Shown: positions 18,614 through 28,245, counted from the stretch's first letter. The stretch is 64,000 bases of DNA from an uncultured Bacteroidales bacterium (GCA_947072905.1 CAMTKF010000002.1:4334-68333), one strand, 5' to 3'. Made by a program: numbers and translations. Notes: generated from the letters alone by a model not told the origin.

Positions 18614-19210
18614 ATGAAATTGACAAAACGCTTTATGGCTATTGCCATAGCATTAATGGTAATGCTGCCTGCAATGGCTCAATTCAAGATTGGTCCGCGT
18701 CTGGGTGTGGACATCAACTCGCTTCACTTCAATAAAGATGTGTTTCAGGAAGACAACCGTGCCGGTTTTACCGGTGGTTTGCAGGCCGAATTCATGATTC
18801 CCGGTCTGGGATTCGGCTTCGACGCATCTGTGATGTATGTGCGTCGTTCAGCCACCTTCACTGATGACCAACGCACCGAGGTAAACGCTGATTACATCGA
18901 AATTCCCGTAAACCTCAAGTATAAATTGGGCCTGCCATTGCTGAGCCGTATCCTTAAGCCGTATGTGTTTACCGGCCCCAGCTTCTCATTCCTCACTTCG
19001 CGCCGCTTTTTCTCTGATTTTGTAAATAAGAAATCAGATACGGCATGGAACTTCGGTTTTGGTGTTGAGCTTATCAACCATCTTCAGCTCAGCGCTTCAT
19101 ACGCGGTAGGTATGTCAAAGGCTCTTGACGTATTCCATCTTTCCAACGAAAATGCCAATATAAACGGTAAAAACAGATACTGGACAGTGACTGCCGCCTG
19201 GTTGTTCTGA
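18614..19210 (+). CDS. Small outer-membrane beta-barrel (porin family / OMP_b-brl_2)
   Basis: Signal peptide ending AMA-Q, YIEIPVNLKY, VFTGPSFS, C-terminal AAWLF. Confidence 0.85.
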   Translation: MKLTKRFMAIAIALMVMLPAMAQFKIGPRLGVDINSLHFNKDVFQEDNRAGFTGGLQAEFMIPGLGFGFDASVMYVRRSATFTDDQRTEVNADYIEIPVNLKYKLGLPLLSRILKPYVFTGPSFSFLTSRRFFSDFVNKKSDTAWNFGFGVELINHLQLSASYAVGMSKALDVFHLSNENANINGKNRYWTVTAAWLF

Positions 19211-19227
19211 TGCTTATTGGTATAGCA

Positions 19228-19277
19228 ATAAAAAAACAGTGGGATATGATTTTATGTCATATTCCACTGTTTTTTAT
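19228..19277. terminator. Bidirectional intrinsic terminator
   Basis: ATAAAAAAACAGTGGGATATGA / TCATATTCCACTGTTTTTTAT inverted repeat between convergent stops. Confidence 0.8.
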
Positions 19278-19288
19278 GGAATTATCAA

Positions 19289-19633
19289 TTATTTAAATCC
19301 TTCTACAAACGAAAACTCCGGAGATAAAGGTGCTACTGCGTTTATTACCCTTCTGAGGCTTTCCTCGGTATGCTTTTCAGGCGAAAGCCGGTTGTTTACA
19401 AATACTTGCAGCTTTACATCCTCCGGCAGCGGCCTTTCGTTGTCCAGCGGCATCGCTGCGTCTATCAGCTTTGATACCACGTTGTCGAAGTCCTCCACTG
19501 CCGCAAGTTCGCCATCTTCTATTGAAGAGTCGGTTGCAAAGCGGTAATAAGTGCGTTCAGGTGTGATCATGATGTCGGCGCGAGCCACATCCTCCACCTT
19601 TATCATCAGAGTTATGCGGTTTATGTCGGCCAT
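19289..19633 (-). CDS. Hypothetical acidic 114-aa protein immediately after purT
   Basis: TGA-T-ATG junction with purT; protein-like composition. The track's longer start overlaps purT and was rejected. Confidence 0.65.
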   Translation of the reverse strand: MADINRITLMIKVEDVARADIMITPERTYYRFATDSSIEDGELAAVEDFDNVVSKLIDAAMPLDNERPLPEDVKLQVFVNNRLSPEKHTEESLRRVINAVAPLSPEFSFVEGFK

Positions 19634-19634
19634 A

Positions 19635-20825
19635 TCAGCGGGGAAGGACGTTGATTTTGAGTTTATCGTAAGCGCGCTGTACTTTGGCAAGTGCTGCGTC
19701 CACGCTTTCGTCGGTAGCCAGAAGCACGCCCATGCGGCGGTGACCCTTGATTTCGGGCTTGCCGAAAATGCGAACCTGAACGCCCGGTTCCTCAAGTACG
19801 GCGTCGAGATTATCCATTTCTATCTTGTCGGTGTCGCCTTCAACTACAATAGCCATTGATGCCGAGGGTCCGTAGAAGCGGATTGCAGGAACGGGAAGGT
19901 CGAGCAGTGCGCGTGCGTGCAGGGCAAATTCGCTCATGTCCTGAGATATCATTGTCACCATACCGGTGTCGTGGGGGCGGGGCGATACTTCGCTGAAAAT
20001 AACGTCGTCGCCCTTGATGAAGAGTTCAACGCCGAATATGCCGTGACCGCCCAGAGCTTCGGTTATCTTGTGGGCTATTTCCTGAGCTTTTTGGAGCGCG
20101 GCGGGTGTCATGGGCTGAGGCTGCCACGACTGGCGGTAGTCGCCTTCAACCTGTATGTGGCCTATGGGTTCGCAATAGGTGGTACCGCTTACCGAACGAA
20201 CTGTGAGCAGGGTGATTTCATAATCGAAATCCACAAAACCTTCAACAATCACACGTCCGGCACCGGCGCGTCCGCCTTCCTGTGCTTCATGCCATGCCTT
20301 GTCTATCTGGTCGGCATTCTTGATGGTGGTCTGGCCGTGGCCCGACGAGCTCATCACGGGTTTCACGACACAAGGTATACCCACCTCTTCGATGGCTTTG
20401 CAGAAATCTTCGTATGTGTCGGCAAAACGATAGGGCGATGTGGGCAGACCTAATTCTTCTGCGGCGAGTCTGCGTATTCCCTCGCGGTTCATGGTGAGAT
20501 AAGCAGCGCGGGCTGTGGGAGTCACTCTGAAGCCTTCCTTCTCAAGCGCTACAAGTGCAGGAGTGGCAATTGCTTCGACTTCAGGGATGATACGGTCGGG
20601 ACGTTCATCTTTTACCACCTGTGTCAACTCATCTGCGTTAAGCATGTTGAATACATAGTCGCGGTGTGCTACCTGCATGGCCGGAGCACCTTCATATTTG
20701 TCGCATGCTATGACTTCAACACCAAGACGCTGAAGCTCAATTGCAACTTCTTTACCTAATTCGCCACTGCCAAGCAACAGGGCCTTGCACCCAACGGGTG
20801 TCATAACCGAACCGATTTTTGCCAT
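19635..20825 (-). CDS. purT: Formate-dependent phosphoribosylglycinamide formyltransferase
   Basis: [17 protein letters not shown]-grasp [34 protein letters not shown]. Start moved to ATG 20825. Confidence 0.97.
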   Translation of the reverse strand: MAKIGSVMTPVGCKALLLGSGELGKEVAIELQRLGVEVIACDKYEGAPAMQVAHRDYVFNMLNADELTQVVKDERPDRIIPEVEAIATPALVALEKEGFRVTPTARAAYLTMNREGIRRLAAEELGLPTSPYRFADTYEDFCKAIEEVGIPCVVKPVMSSSGHGQTTIKNADQIDKAWHEAQEGGRAGAGRVIVEGFVDFDYEITLLTVRSVSGTTYCEPIGHIQVEGDYRQSWQPQPMTPAALQKAQEIAHKITEALGGHGIFGVELFIKGDDVIFSEVSPRPHDTGMVTMISQDMSEFALHARALLDLPVPAIRFYGPSASMAIVVEGDTDKIEMDNLDAVLEEPGVQVRIFGKPEIKGHRRMGVLLATDESVDAALAKVQRAYDKLKINVLPR

Positions 20826-20860
20826 AATTAGTTTATGATGAATGTTGTTTTTTGACAGTG

Positions 20861-20868
20861 CAAAGATA
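20861..20868 (-). promoter_or_regulatory. -7 box for purT
   Basis: TATCTTTG(CA). Confidence 0.65.
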
Positions 20869-20952
20869 GCCAAAATTTATGAAATATAAGATAAGTCGGC
20901 GGCAACTTTTGGCTCTTATGTTTTATTCGCCCTCACATAAAAATTTTTTTGT

Positions 20953-20984
20953 TTTGAATGGTAAGAAAATAATTGCTATCTTTG
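20953..20984 (+). promoter_or_regulatory. -33/-7 promoter for the thiE-like to M16 operon
   Basis: TTTG (20953-56), 20-nt spacer, TATCTTTG (20977-84). Confidence 0.7.
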
Positions 20985-21026
20985 TATTGCATTCAGTATG
21001 CGAAAATCATAATAAATAGATAAGAT

Positions 21027-21635
21027 ATGTTGCAATATATACTTACCGAAAGCAACCGTTATTCAGTGGCTGAACTTGCACAGATGGCTATAGAGGGCGG
21101 TTGTCAATGGATCAGCCTGTCGCTTGATGGTATTGAAGAAGATAATCTGAGAGATACCATAGGCCCTGAACTTGTAGACATGTGCAAGGAGGCCGGGGTG
21201 TTTCTTACCGTAGAAGATAATCCCGAGCTGGCCCGTCAGCTCGGATTGCATGGAGTAAGACTCTCGCGGAAGTTCTTTGTAAATCATACTGAATCTTCAC
21301 CAATGGCTCTGCGCGAGGATCTCGGCCATGAGGCCGTGATAGGTGTGGAGATGACAGACCCCTCGGCTGTGCCGTCGCTTTTGCCTGCCGATGTGGACTT
21401 TGTGAGTCTGCCGGATAATTTCACCCGCGAGATGCGCAGGGCTTTTGTCGATGCGCTTGCCAAGCTCGATGTAAAGATGCCTGTTGTGGCCCAGGGTATT
21501 TCTTCACCCGAGCAGGCGGTGGAGGCCTTAGCCGACGGTTGTAACGGTGTGGCTGTAGGGCTTGCGATAACCGGCGCACCCGACCCGGTAGTGGCAACAT
21601 CTGCGTTTTTGAATCAATTGGAGCAAAGCAGATGA
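21027..21635 (+). CDS. Thiamine-phosphate-synthase-like TIM-barrel protein, apparently degenerate
   Basis: ThiE layout (AIEGGCQW, GVAVGLAITGAPDP) but conserved catalytic motifs are replaced. Confidence 0.7.
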   Translation: MLQYILTESNRYSVAELAQMAIEGGCQWISLSLDGIEEDNLRDTIGPELVDMCKEAGVFLTVEDNPELARQLGLHGVRLSRKFFVNHTESSPMALREDLGHEAVIGVEMTDPSAVPSLLPADVDFVSLPDNFTREMRRAFVDALAKLDVKMPVVAQGISSPEQAVEALADGCNGVAVGLAITGAPDPVVATSAFLNQLEQSR

Positions 21636-22663
21636 ACGCCCAGCTGAAATCGACTTTTCTAAAAGCTGTCGTTCCGGCTGTTATAGGAATAGCCGTGGTG
21701 ATATGGCTTTTTATGGACGATTTCAATCCTAAGGCCTGGGATTTGCTTCAGCTCAACGGGCGCACCATCGTTGCCTTATTGCTGGCTCTTGTATTCGTGG
21801 CAGGGCGCGATTTCGGCCTGACATGGCGCTTCAGGACTATATGCGACGGCTCATTGTCGTGGCGCAGAGCCTTGAAAGTTGACATAATGTGCGCGTTTAC
21901 CTCGGCCATAACCCCATCGGCTGTCGGCGGCAGTGCTTTGGCGGTGTTTTATCTGAACAGAGAGGGAATATCGGTTGGCCGTGCTACCACTCTCACACTC
22001 ACAACGCTGCTGCTTGACGAGATGTTTTTCGTGATATTCTGCCCCTTGCTGGTACTCATACTGCCTGTAAAAGAGCTGTTTGGCACGGGACAGGATGAAC
22101 TTCTGATGAAGAGCGTAGAAGTGGTGTTCTGGGTGGTCTATGCCGGTATAGTGATATGGAGCGCCATTCTTTTTACAGGCATTATAGCCAAGCCCGAATG
22201 GCTCGAAAAACTGATTCTGAAATTATTCAGCATGCGTTGGCTCAAACGCTGGCAGAAGGGCGCACAGGAAATGATGAACAACATGAAAGCCACCTCGGCA
22301 TGGGTGAAAAACCGTTCGCGCAGGTGGTGGCTTGAAGTATTCTGCGCTACTACATTATCGTGGTTCTCGCGATATTTTGTAGTGAATTCTCTGTTTTGGG
22401 GCTTCGTGCCGGCGGCATCGGGCCTGCTTGTTTTCGGCCGCCAGTTTGTGGTATGGGTTGTGCTGATGATCAGCCCCACACCCGGCGGGAGCGGCGTCAG
22501 CGAGTGGCTGTTTACTACGTATTATGGCGATTTGATCAGCAATTTGTCGGTAGCATTGGTAATCGCTACTATATGGCGACTGCTCAGCTACTATATATAT
22601 TTGTTCACCGGCGTGTGTCTCGCGCCTTCATATTTCAGGAAAAATAAAAATGCAACGGATTAG
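21632..22663 (+). CDS. Lysylphosphatidylglycerol synthase TM-domain (flippase-like) membrane protein
   Basis: RFR...F.SAITPSAVGG motif, ISPTPGGSGVSE, IWRLLSYY; multiple TM helices. Confidence 0.85.
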   Translation: MNAQLKSTFLKAVVPAVIGIAVVIWLFMDDFNPKAWDLLQLNGRTIVALLLALVFVAGRDFGLTWRFRTICDGSLSWRRALKVDIMCAFTSAITPSAVGGSALAVFYLNREGISVGRATTLTLTTLLLDEMFFVIFCPLLVLILPVKELFGTGQDELLMKSVEVVFWVVYAGIVIWSAILFTGIIAKPEWLEKLILKLFSMRWLKRWQKGAQEMMNNMKATSAWVKNRSRRWWLEVFCATTLSWFSRYFVVNSLFWGFVPAASGLLVFGRQFVVWVVLMISPTPGGSGVSEWLFTTYYGDLISNLSVALVIATIWRLLSYYIYLFTGVCLAPSYFRKNKNATD

Positions 22664-23996
22664 GCTGTTTGTACTTTGGGTTTTATCTGCCTTCGTTATC
22701 TCTGCATGGTCTCAGAGGGTGCTGATGGTAGACATTGATGAAGATATTGATGCTACGGCATGGCGAAACATCTCACGTGCCATGCAGGACATCCGCGATG
22801 CCGAGCCGCCATTCAATCTTCTACTTATCAAGCTGAATACGTATGGCGGAGCGGTGGATATGGCCGACTCAATCCGTACGGCACTGATGAAATCCGATGT
22901 GCCTACTGTGGCGTTCATTGATCACAATGCGGCATCGGCCGGTGCCTTGATAGCCCTGTCGTGCGACTCTGCATTCATGGCTCCGGGCTCGAGTATCGGA
23001 GCTGCGACTGTGGTTAACGGTCAGGGCGAGCCTATGCCGGTGAAGTATCAGAGCTACTGGAGCACCGTGATGCGCTCTACGGCTGCCGCTCATGGCAAAT
23101 ATATAAAAGAAGGTGATTCCGTGCCCACATGGCGCCGTGATCCCGACATTGCCGCCGATATGGTAAATCCGGATAAAGCGGTATCATATACAACCGACGA
23201 AGCCCTGCAGCTCGGATTGATTGACGGCGTTGCCGAATCTCCGCGCGAAATACTTGACCGCCTTGATATGCCCGATGCCGAAATCACCGTTTTCGAGCCT
23301 ACATTCACCGATCGCCTTATGGGCTTCTTTGCATCGACAGGCGTCAGGGCCATACTTATAATGCTGATTCTCGGAGGTCTGTATATGGAGATGCACACCG
23401 CCGGTATGGGCTTTGCCGGCGCAGTTTCTGTTGTGGCTGCGGTGTTGTACTTCATGCCAATGGTCGTAGGGGGCACTCTTGCCCCATGGGTAGTGATACT
23501 GTTCCTGATAGGAATAGTGGCCCTTGCACTTGAGATTTTTGTCATCCCCGGCTTTGGAGTAGCCGGTGTGGCGGGTATAATCTGTATTATATTTTCATTG
23601 TTGGGAGCCATGATTCATTATGACTCATTTAATAATATAGATATGGATATGATTTGGGCACCGGTTTGCACCTTGGTTGCTGGGGCGCTCCTCGCAATCA
23701 TTGCAGTACTATTTCTCACGTCAAAATACGGGCCGAAAAAACTTCAACGCATCGCAGCCCTTACCACTCAGCTAAGCGATAAGGACGGATTTGTGGGTGT
23801 TGACATGTCGCCCGAGAGCATTATAGGCAAAGAAGCCAAAGCTATGACCGACCTGCGCCCTGCGGGCAAGGTACTTTATAAAGACAAAGTATACGATGCC
23901 ACCTCTACCGGCGAGTTTATCCATCGCCATTCTCAGGTAAGGATAGTGCGCTACGAGGCCGCTCAGATATATGTAGAACCATTAAAGTTGAAATAA
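22650..23996 (+). CDS. nfeD: Long-form NfeD (ClpP-like serine protease + TM + OB fold)
   Basis: LNTYGGAVD, AASAGALIAL, IGAAT, EMHTAG, LEIFVIPGFG, C-terminal LRPAGKV OB fold. Confidence 0.88.
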   Translation: MQRIRLFVLWVLSAFVISAWSQRVLMVDIDEDIDATAWRNISRAMQDIRDAEPPFNLLLIKLNTYGGAVDMADSIRTALMKSDVPTVAFIDHNAASAGALIALSCDSAFMAPGSSIGAATVVNGQGEPMPVKYQSYWSTVMRSTAAAHGKYIKEGDSVPTWRRDPDIAADMVNPDKAVSYTTDEALQLGLIDGVAESPREILDRLDMPDAEITVFEPTFTDRLMGFFASTGVRAILIMLILGGLYMEMHTAGMGFAGAVSVVAAVLYFMPMVVGGTLAPWVVILFLIGIVALALEIFVIPGFGVAGVAGIICIIFSLLGAMIHYDSFNNIDMDMIWAPVCTLVAGALLAIIAVLFLTSKYGPKKLQRIAALTTQLSDKDGFVGVDMSPESIIGKEAKAMTDLRPAGKVLYKDKVYDATSTGEFIHRHSQVRIVRYEAAQIYVEPLKLK

Positions 23997-24757
23997 TGAA
24001 ATTTATAGGTATCATACCGGCAAGATATGCTTCAACACGTTTCCCGGGCAAGCCGCTGGCCATGCTTGGCGATAAGACTGTGATAGAACGTGTATACACC
24101 CAGGTATCAAAGGCTCTTGATGATGCAGTTGTAGCCACCGACGATGTGCGTATTTTCGAAGCAGTTGAGAAATTCGGAGGAAGAGCGGTGATGACATCCG
24201 AGGCTCACCGCAGCGGTACCGACCGATGCCACGAGGCGTATGTCAACGTAGGCTCCGATGCCGATATTGTTATAAATATCCAAGGCGATGAACCCTTTAT
24301 CGACCCGAGCCAGATAGAAGCTCTGAAATCATGTTTTGAAGACCCTGATGTGTATATTGCCACTCTTGTCAGACCCTTTGACAGCTCACTTGGTATCGAG
24401 GCTCTCAAAAATCCCAACACGCCCAAAGTGGTAAGGGATAATAAAGGCAACGCCCTGTATTTCTCACGCTCGGTGATTCCCTATCTGCGCTCTGAAAGCG
24501 ACATGAACCTCTGGCCCTCAAAGACACAATATTTCACACACGTTGGCATATACGCTTTCAAGGCCTCTGTTCTTGCCGATATTGTGAAAATACCTCAATC
24601 GCCACTCGAAATAGCCGAGAGCCTTGAACAGCTCAGATGGCTGTCGGCCGGCTACAAGATAAGAACAGCCATTACCGACTGCCCGACAATAGGTATCGAC
24701 ACCCCTGCCGATTTGCAGAAAGCCATTCAGCTCTTAAATACCCAAAAACATGACTGA
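23996..24757 (+). CDS. kdsB: 3-deoxy-manno-octulosonate cytidylyltransferase
   Basis: IIPARYASTRFPGKPL, HRSGTDR, INIQGDEP, ALYFSRSVIP, ESLEQLRWL. Confidence 0.97.
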   Translation: MKFIGIIPARYASTRFPGKPLAMLGDKTVIERVYTQVSKALDDAVVATDDVRIFEAVEKFGGRAVMTSEAHRSGTDRCHEAYVNVGSDADIVINIQGDEPFIDPSQIEALKSCFEDPDVYIATLVRPFDSSLGIEALKNPNTPKVVRDNKGNALYFSRSVIPYLRSESDMNLWPSKTQYFTHVGIYAFKASVLADIVKIPQSPLEIAESLEQLRWLSAGYKIRTAITDCPTIGIDTPADLQKAIQLLNTQKHD

Positions 24758-26036
24758 TATTATACATCCCGACCGCCTTACTCCGCCGCCTGTAACATCG
24801 TTTACTGAAATAAGCATACCATCCGAGAACAAGGAGGTACTGCCCAACGGCATCGAATTTCATTATGTAGATATGGGTGAACAGCCTGTATCGAGGATGG
24901 CTATGTTTTGGGAGGGAGGTTTGCTTGATACCGATGATAAGGCTGCAATGGCTATTATGGCGCAGACATTCAGGGAGCAGACCCGCACCTTCAGTGATGA
25001 CACTATTGCAGATATCATAGATTTCAACGGTGCAAGGATTGCTTCACGTGCAGAAAATCATCTTGTGTCGCTCGAACTTATTGCCTTGAATTCCAAGTTG
25101 CCCGATTTGCTGCCCGTGGTCAGATCTATCATAACCGAGTCTGAATTCAACGAGCGTAATGCCGGTGCCGTAGCCCGCAAGCTTTCAGCTGCAAGAGCCG
25201 TAGAGATGGGGCGAGTGTCATTTCAGGCCGTCAATGAAGCACGCCGCCTTGTACAAGGGAATGATCATCCGGCGTCCTCACTCATTCTTCCCGACCAATT
25301 TGAGGCGGTGACAACCGACAGGCTGCTTAGGTTGTATGACCGGATGAAGCAGGCAAGATTGCATGTTTTCATAGGTGGAGCACTTGGCAAGCGCAATGTT
25401 TCGTTGATACGTGATTTTGTAGCCGGACTTGATTGCGGAACCGAGCGACCTGTCACCATACGTCCTTTTGAACCTGAAAATACCGACAGTCGCATACATA
25501 TCGAAATGCCTCAGTCCAAACAGTCGGCGGTGGCAATGACCCTGCCGGTTATAGGCCGCGACAATCCCGACTATATTGCGCTTCGATTTACAATAATGGC
25601 GCTGGGCGGATATTTCGGTTCAAGACTCATGCACAACATCCGCGAGGAGAAAGGACTTACCTACGGAATTAGTGCATCCTTGCTTGGCTCGCAGGAAGGC
25701 GCTTATATGGAGGTCAGCGCACAGTGTGCCGAAGACTGTGTGGAACAACTTATAGAGGAATCCATCAAGGAAATCAGAAATCTCGTAACCGAACCGCCCG
25801 CCGGCGACGAACTGTATCGCTTGAGGCAATATGCCTGGAGTCAGCTCGCGGCATCGGCCGACTCTTCTTTCGGTGTCCTCGACCACTACATCACAAAGCT
25901 CCGCGTGGCCACTCCCGACAATTATTTCACATCGCAGTTATCAGTGCTTGACAAATTGTCACCATCCTTGATTTCAGAAATGGCAGAAAAGTATCTGAAT
26001 CCCGACTCATTGCGTATAGTCACAAGCGGAATATGA
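24750..26036 (+). CDS. M16 family peptidase, non-catalytic (beta-type) subunit
   Basis: M16 fold features (LPNGI, LGGYFGSRLMHNIREEKGLTYGI) but no HxxEH zinc motif. Confidence 0.85.
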   Translation: MTDIIHPDRLTPPPVTSFTEISIPSENKEVLPNGIEFHYVDMGEQPVSRMAMFWEGGLLDTDDKAAMAIMAQTFREQTRTFSDDTIADIIDFNGARIASRAENHLVSLELIALNSKLPDLLPVVRSIITESEFNERNAGAVARKLSAARAVEMGRVSFQAVNEARRLVQGNDHPASSLILPDQFEAVTTDRLLRLYDRMKQARLHVFIGGALGKRNVSLIRDFVAGLDCGTERPVTIRPFEPENTDSRIHIEMPQSKQSAVAMTLPVIGRDNPDYIALRFTIMALGGYFGSRLMHNIREEKGLTYGISASLLGSQEGAYMEVSAQCAEDCVEQLIEESIKEIRNLVTEPPAGDELYRLRQYAWSQLAASADSSFGVLDHYITKLRVATPDNYFTSQLSVLDKLSPSLISEMAEKYLNPDSLRIVTSGI

Positions 26037-26144
26037 ACATAATGCTTAAGTAAAATTAAGTTAACATGAAAGCCCCTGTGTAAATTACGGTTAAATTTAA
26101 AGCTTATTAACCCATTTGTAAGCAGGCGATTGGAGATTTGGCTA

Positions 26145-26152
26145 TATTTTTG
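26145..26152 (+). promoter_or_regulatory. -7 box for htrA
   Basis: TATTTTTG(CA) about 55 nt upstream of the ATG; nearest upstream TTTG is 26 nt away (non-optimal). Confidence 0.6.
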
Positions 26153-26206
26153 CATAGTTATTCATCATAATCATGCAACTAACAATATAAAGATACACAT
26201 CTTAAT

Positions 26207-27721
26207 ATGAAAAAGCAACTATTTCTCCTTCCGCTTGCTTTGGCTGCAACTTTGACAGCCTGCAGCAATAATGCCGGAGCTGCCAATTCTCCGGCTCAAG
26301 AATCAGTTTCGGTACCTGCCACAACCATATCGCAACAAGACTTCATAAACGCTGCCGAATCTACTGTAAACGGCGTAGTGTCGGTAAAGAGCTTCGCCAC
26401 TCCACAGCGTCGCCGCTCATACGGTAACTATGGCTCGCAAGGCGGTATGGATCCGTTTGATGATCCGTTCTTCCAGTACTTCTTCGGTGTGCCTTCATCT
26501 CCGAGAGGACAGCGTCAGCAACCTCAGGAAGAGGAAGAAATTCCTCAACAGCAGACCGGGCTCGGTTCGGGCGTTATTATTTCTGAAGACGGATACATCG
26601 TTACAAACAACCATGTGATAGATGGTGCAGAGCGTCTGGAAGTAACCCTGAATGACAACCGCAACTTCACAGCCACAATCATAGGTGCCGATCCCGTAAC
26701 CGACCTCGCGCTTATCAAGATTGAAGCACCCGACCTGCACGTGATTCCCATGGGCGACAGCGAAAACCTGCATGTAGGCGAATGGGTTCTTGCCGTTGGC
26801 AATCCCTTCGGCTTCACTTCTACTGTTACCTCGGGTATAGTAAGTGCCAAGGCCCGAAACATATCGTCAATGACCCAGACTCCGGGCAACGGCGGTATCG
26901 AGGCTTACATCCAGACCGATGCTGCCGTAAACCGCGGTAACTCGGGCGGTGCGCTCGTCAACCTTCGCGGTGAACTTGTAGGTATAAACACAGCCATATA
27001 CTCGCAGACCGGTACATACGCCGGATGCTCGTTTGCCATTCCAACATCTATAGTAAACAAGGTAGTGGGCGACCTCAAGCAATTCGGCGCCGTGCAGAGA
27101 GCTATTCTCGGCGTGCAGTTTGTGGAACTCACACCTGAATTAATCTCCAAGGAAGGCATCAAGGGTGCTACTCGCGGTATATATGTAGCCGAGGTACAGC
27201 CACGTTCAGCCGCAATGGAGGCCGGAATTGAAAAGGGCGATGTCATCACACACATTGATGGAACCCAGGTGGTAAACGGTGCCCGTATGCAGGAAATCAT
27301 TGCAGGACATAGCCCCGGCGACAAGCTCAAACTCACCGTAGTCCGCGACGGCAAGCCCGCACAGCTCACAGTAACCTTGCGCAATCGCGACGGTAATACA
27401 TCGGTTACTCTTCCCGAGACAATGTCGGCAGTGCTTGGTGCAAGCTTCAAAGCCGCAGATACCGAGCTGCTTAAAAAGCTTGAGATAAATCGCGGTGTGC
27501 AAGTCAGCATCACCGGTAAGGGCCGCTTCTCGCAGGCCGGAATCAACGATGGCTTTATCATCACTTCGATAAACGGTATGAAAATCAAATCGCCTGAAGA
27601 AGTGGAATCAATCTTCAACTCTTTGCGCGAACTCACACCGGGCGATGGCGAAAAAGTAATGTTCATATCGGGAATTTATCCGTCGGGCAAAACTTCGTAT
27701 TACGCTGTACCCCTTGATTAA
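26207..27721 (+). CDS. htrA: Do/DegQ/HtrA family serine endoprotease, lipoprotein, two PDZ domains
   Basis: Lipobox LTAC, TNNHV (His), DLAL (Asp), QTDAAVNRGNSGGAL (Ser), PDZ domains. Confidence 0.95.
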   Translation: MKKQLFLLPLALAATLTACSNNAGAANSPAQESVSVPATTISQQDFINAAESTVNGVVSVKSFATPQRRRSYGNYGSQGGMDPFDDPFFQYFFGVPSSPRGQRQQPQEEEEIPQQQTGLGSGVIISEDGYIVTNNHVIDGAERLEVTLNDNRNFTATIIGADPVTDLALIKIEAPDLHVIPMGDSENLHVGEWVLAVGNPFGFTSTVTSGIVSAKARNISSMTQTPGNGGIEAYIQTDAAVNRGNSGGALVNLRGELVGINTAIYSQTGTYAGCSFAIPTSIVNKVVGDLKQFGAVQRAILGVQFVELTPELISKEGIKGATRGIYVAEVQPRSAAMEAGIEKGDVITHIDGTQVVNGARMQEIIAGHSPGDKLKLTVVRDGKPAQLTVTLRNRDGNTSVTLPETMSAVLGASFKAADTELLKKLEINRGVQVSITGKGRFSQAGINDGFIITSINGMKIKSPEEVESIFNSLRELTPGDGEKVMFISGIYPSGKTSYYAVPLD

Positions 27722-27748
27722 TTCTCATTCTTCCTCTCCATCTGTATC

Positions 27749-27787
27749 AAAATCTCCCGCTGGAAATCACACCTTGCGGGAGATTTT
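27749..27787 (+). terminator. Intrinsic terminator after htrA
   Basis: AAAATCTCCCGC...GCGGGAGATTTT followed by TATATTTATTT. Confidence 0.8.
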
Positions 27788-27795
27788 TATATTTA

Positions 27796-27827
27796 TTTGG
27801 TAATTCCTTATAATTTCATTAACTTTG
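27796..27827 (+). promoter_or_regulatory. -33/-7 promoter for FKBP-nitroreductase
   Basis: TTTG, 20-nt spacer, TAACTTTG. Confidence 0.7.
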
Positions 27828-27846
27828 TTTTGTATAAATTATTGAT

Positions 27847-28245
27847 ATGGCAAAACCGGAATACGTACAGAAAAACAAACAATGGCTTGAGGCTAAGGCC
27901 AAAGAGCCGGGAGTGATTGCTATAGATGGCGGGATTTATTATAAAGTTATAAAATCCGGTTCAAAAGACTCGCGGCATCCCGACCGTGGCAGTGTGGTGA
28001 CCGTACACTATACCGGCAAGACAATCAATGGCAAGACCTTTGACTCAAGCCGGGGTGGTGTGGCTCCCGCTTTCAGGCTCCGCGACCTTATCCCGGGTTG
28101 GATAATCGCGCTGCAACACATGCACATTGGCGATAAATGGGAGATCTATATTCCGGCAGAAAAGGCTTACGGGCGTTTCAATCAGCCGGGAATCCCCGGA
28201 GGTTCAACATTGATATTCGAAATAGAATTGCTCGGCATCGCCTGA
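27847..28245 (+). CDS. FKBP-type peptidyl-prolyl isomerase
   Basis: VTVHYTG...FDSS...LIPGW...GDKWEIYIPAEKAYG...IPGGSTLIFEIELL. Confidence 0.95.
   Translation: MAKPEYVQKNKQWLEAKAKEPGVIAIDGGIYYKVIKSGSKDSRHPDRGSVVTVHYTGKTINGKTFDSSRGGVAPAFRLRDLIPGWIIALQHMHIGDKWEIYIPAEKAYGRFNQPGIPGGSTLIFEIELLGIA

Noticed and set aside
19634-19795. N-terminal extension of the 168-aa ORF in the track
   Set aside because: Overlaps the conserved purT C-terminus; the ATG at 19633 right after the purT stop is more plausible.
20874-21026. TPP riboswitch upstream of the thiE-like gene
   Set aside because: No CTGAGA or other TPP-aptamer core motifs, and the leader after the promoter is too short.
23996-24757. KdsB substituting for the missing CMP-legionaminate synthetase
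   Set aside because: Carries all KdsB-specific motifs and an essential LPS role; no sequence evidence for a broader substrate range.
26905-27666. 253-aa antisense ORF inside htrA (also 6756-7379, 37779-38372, 55286-55801)
   Set aside because: Shadow frames of highly expressed genes with biased codon usage; no motifs, promoter or plausible composition.
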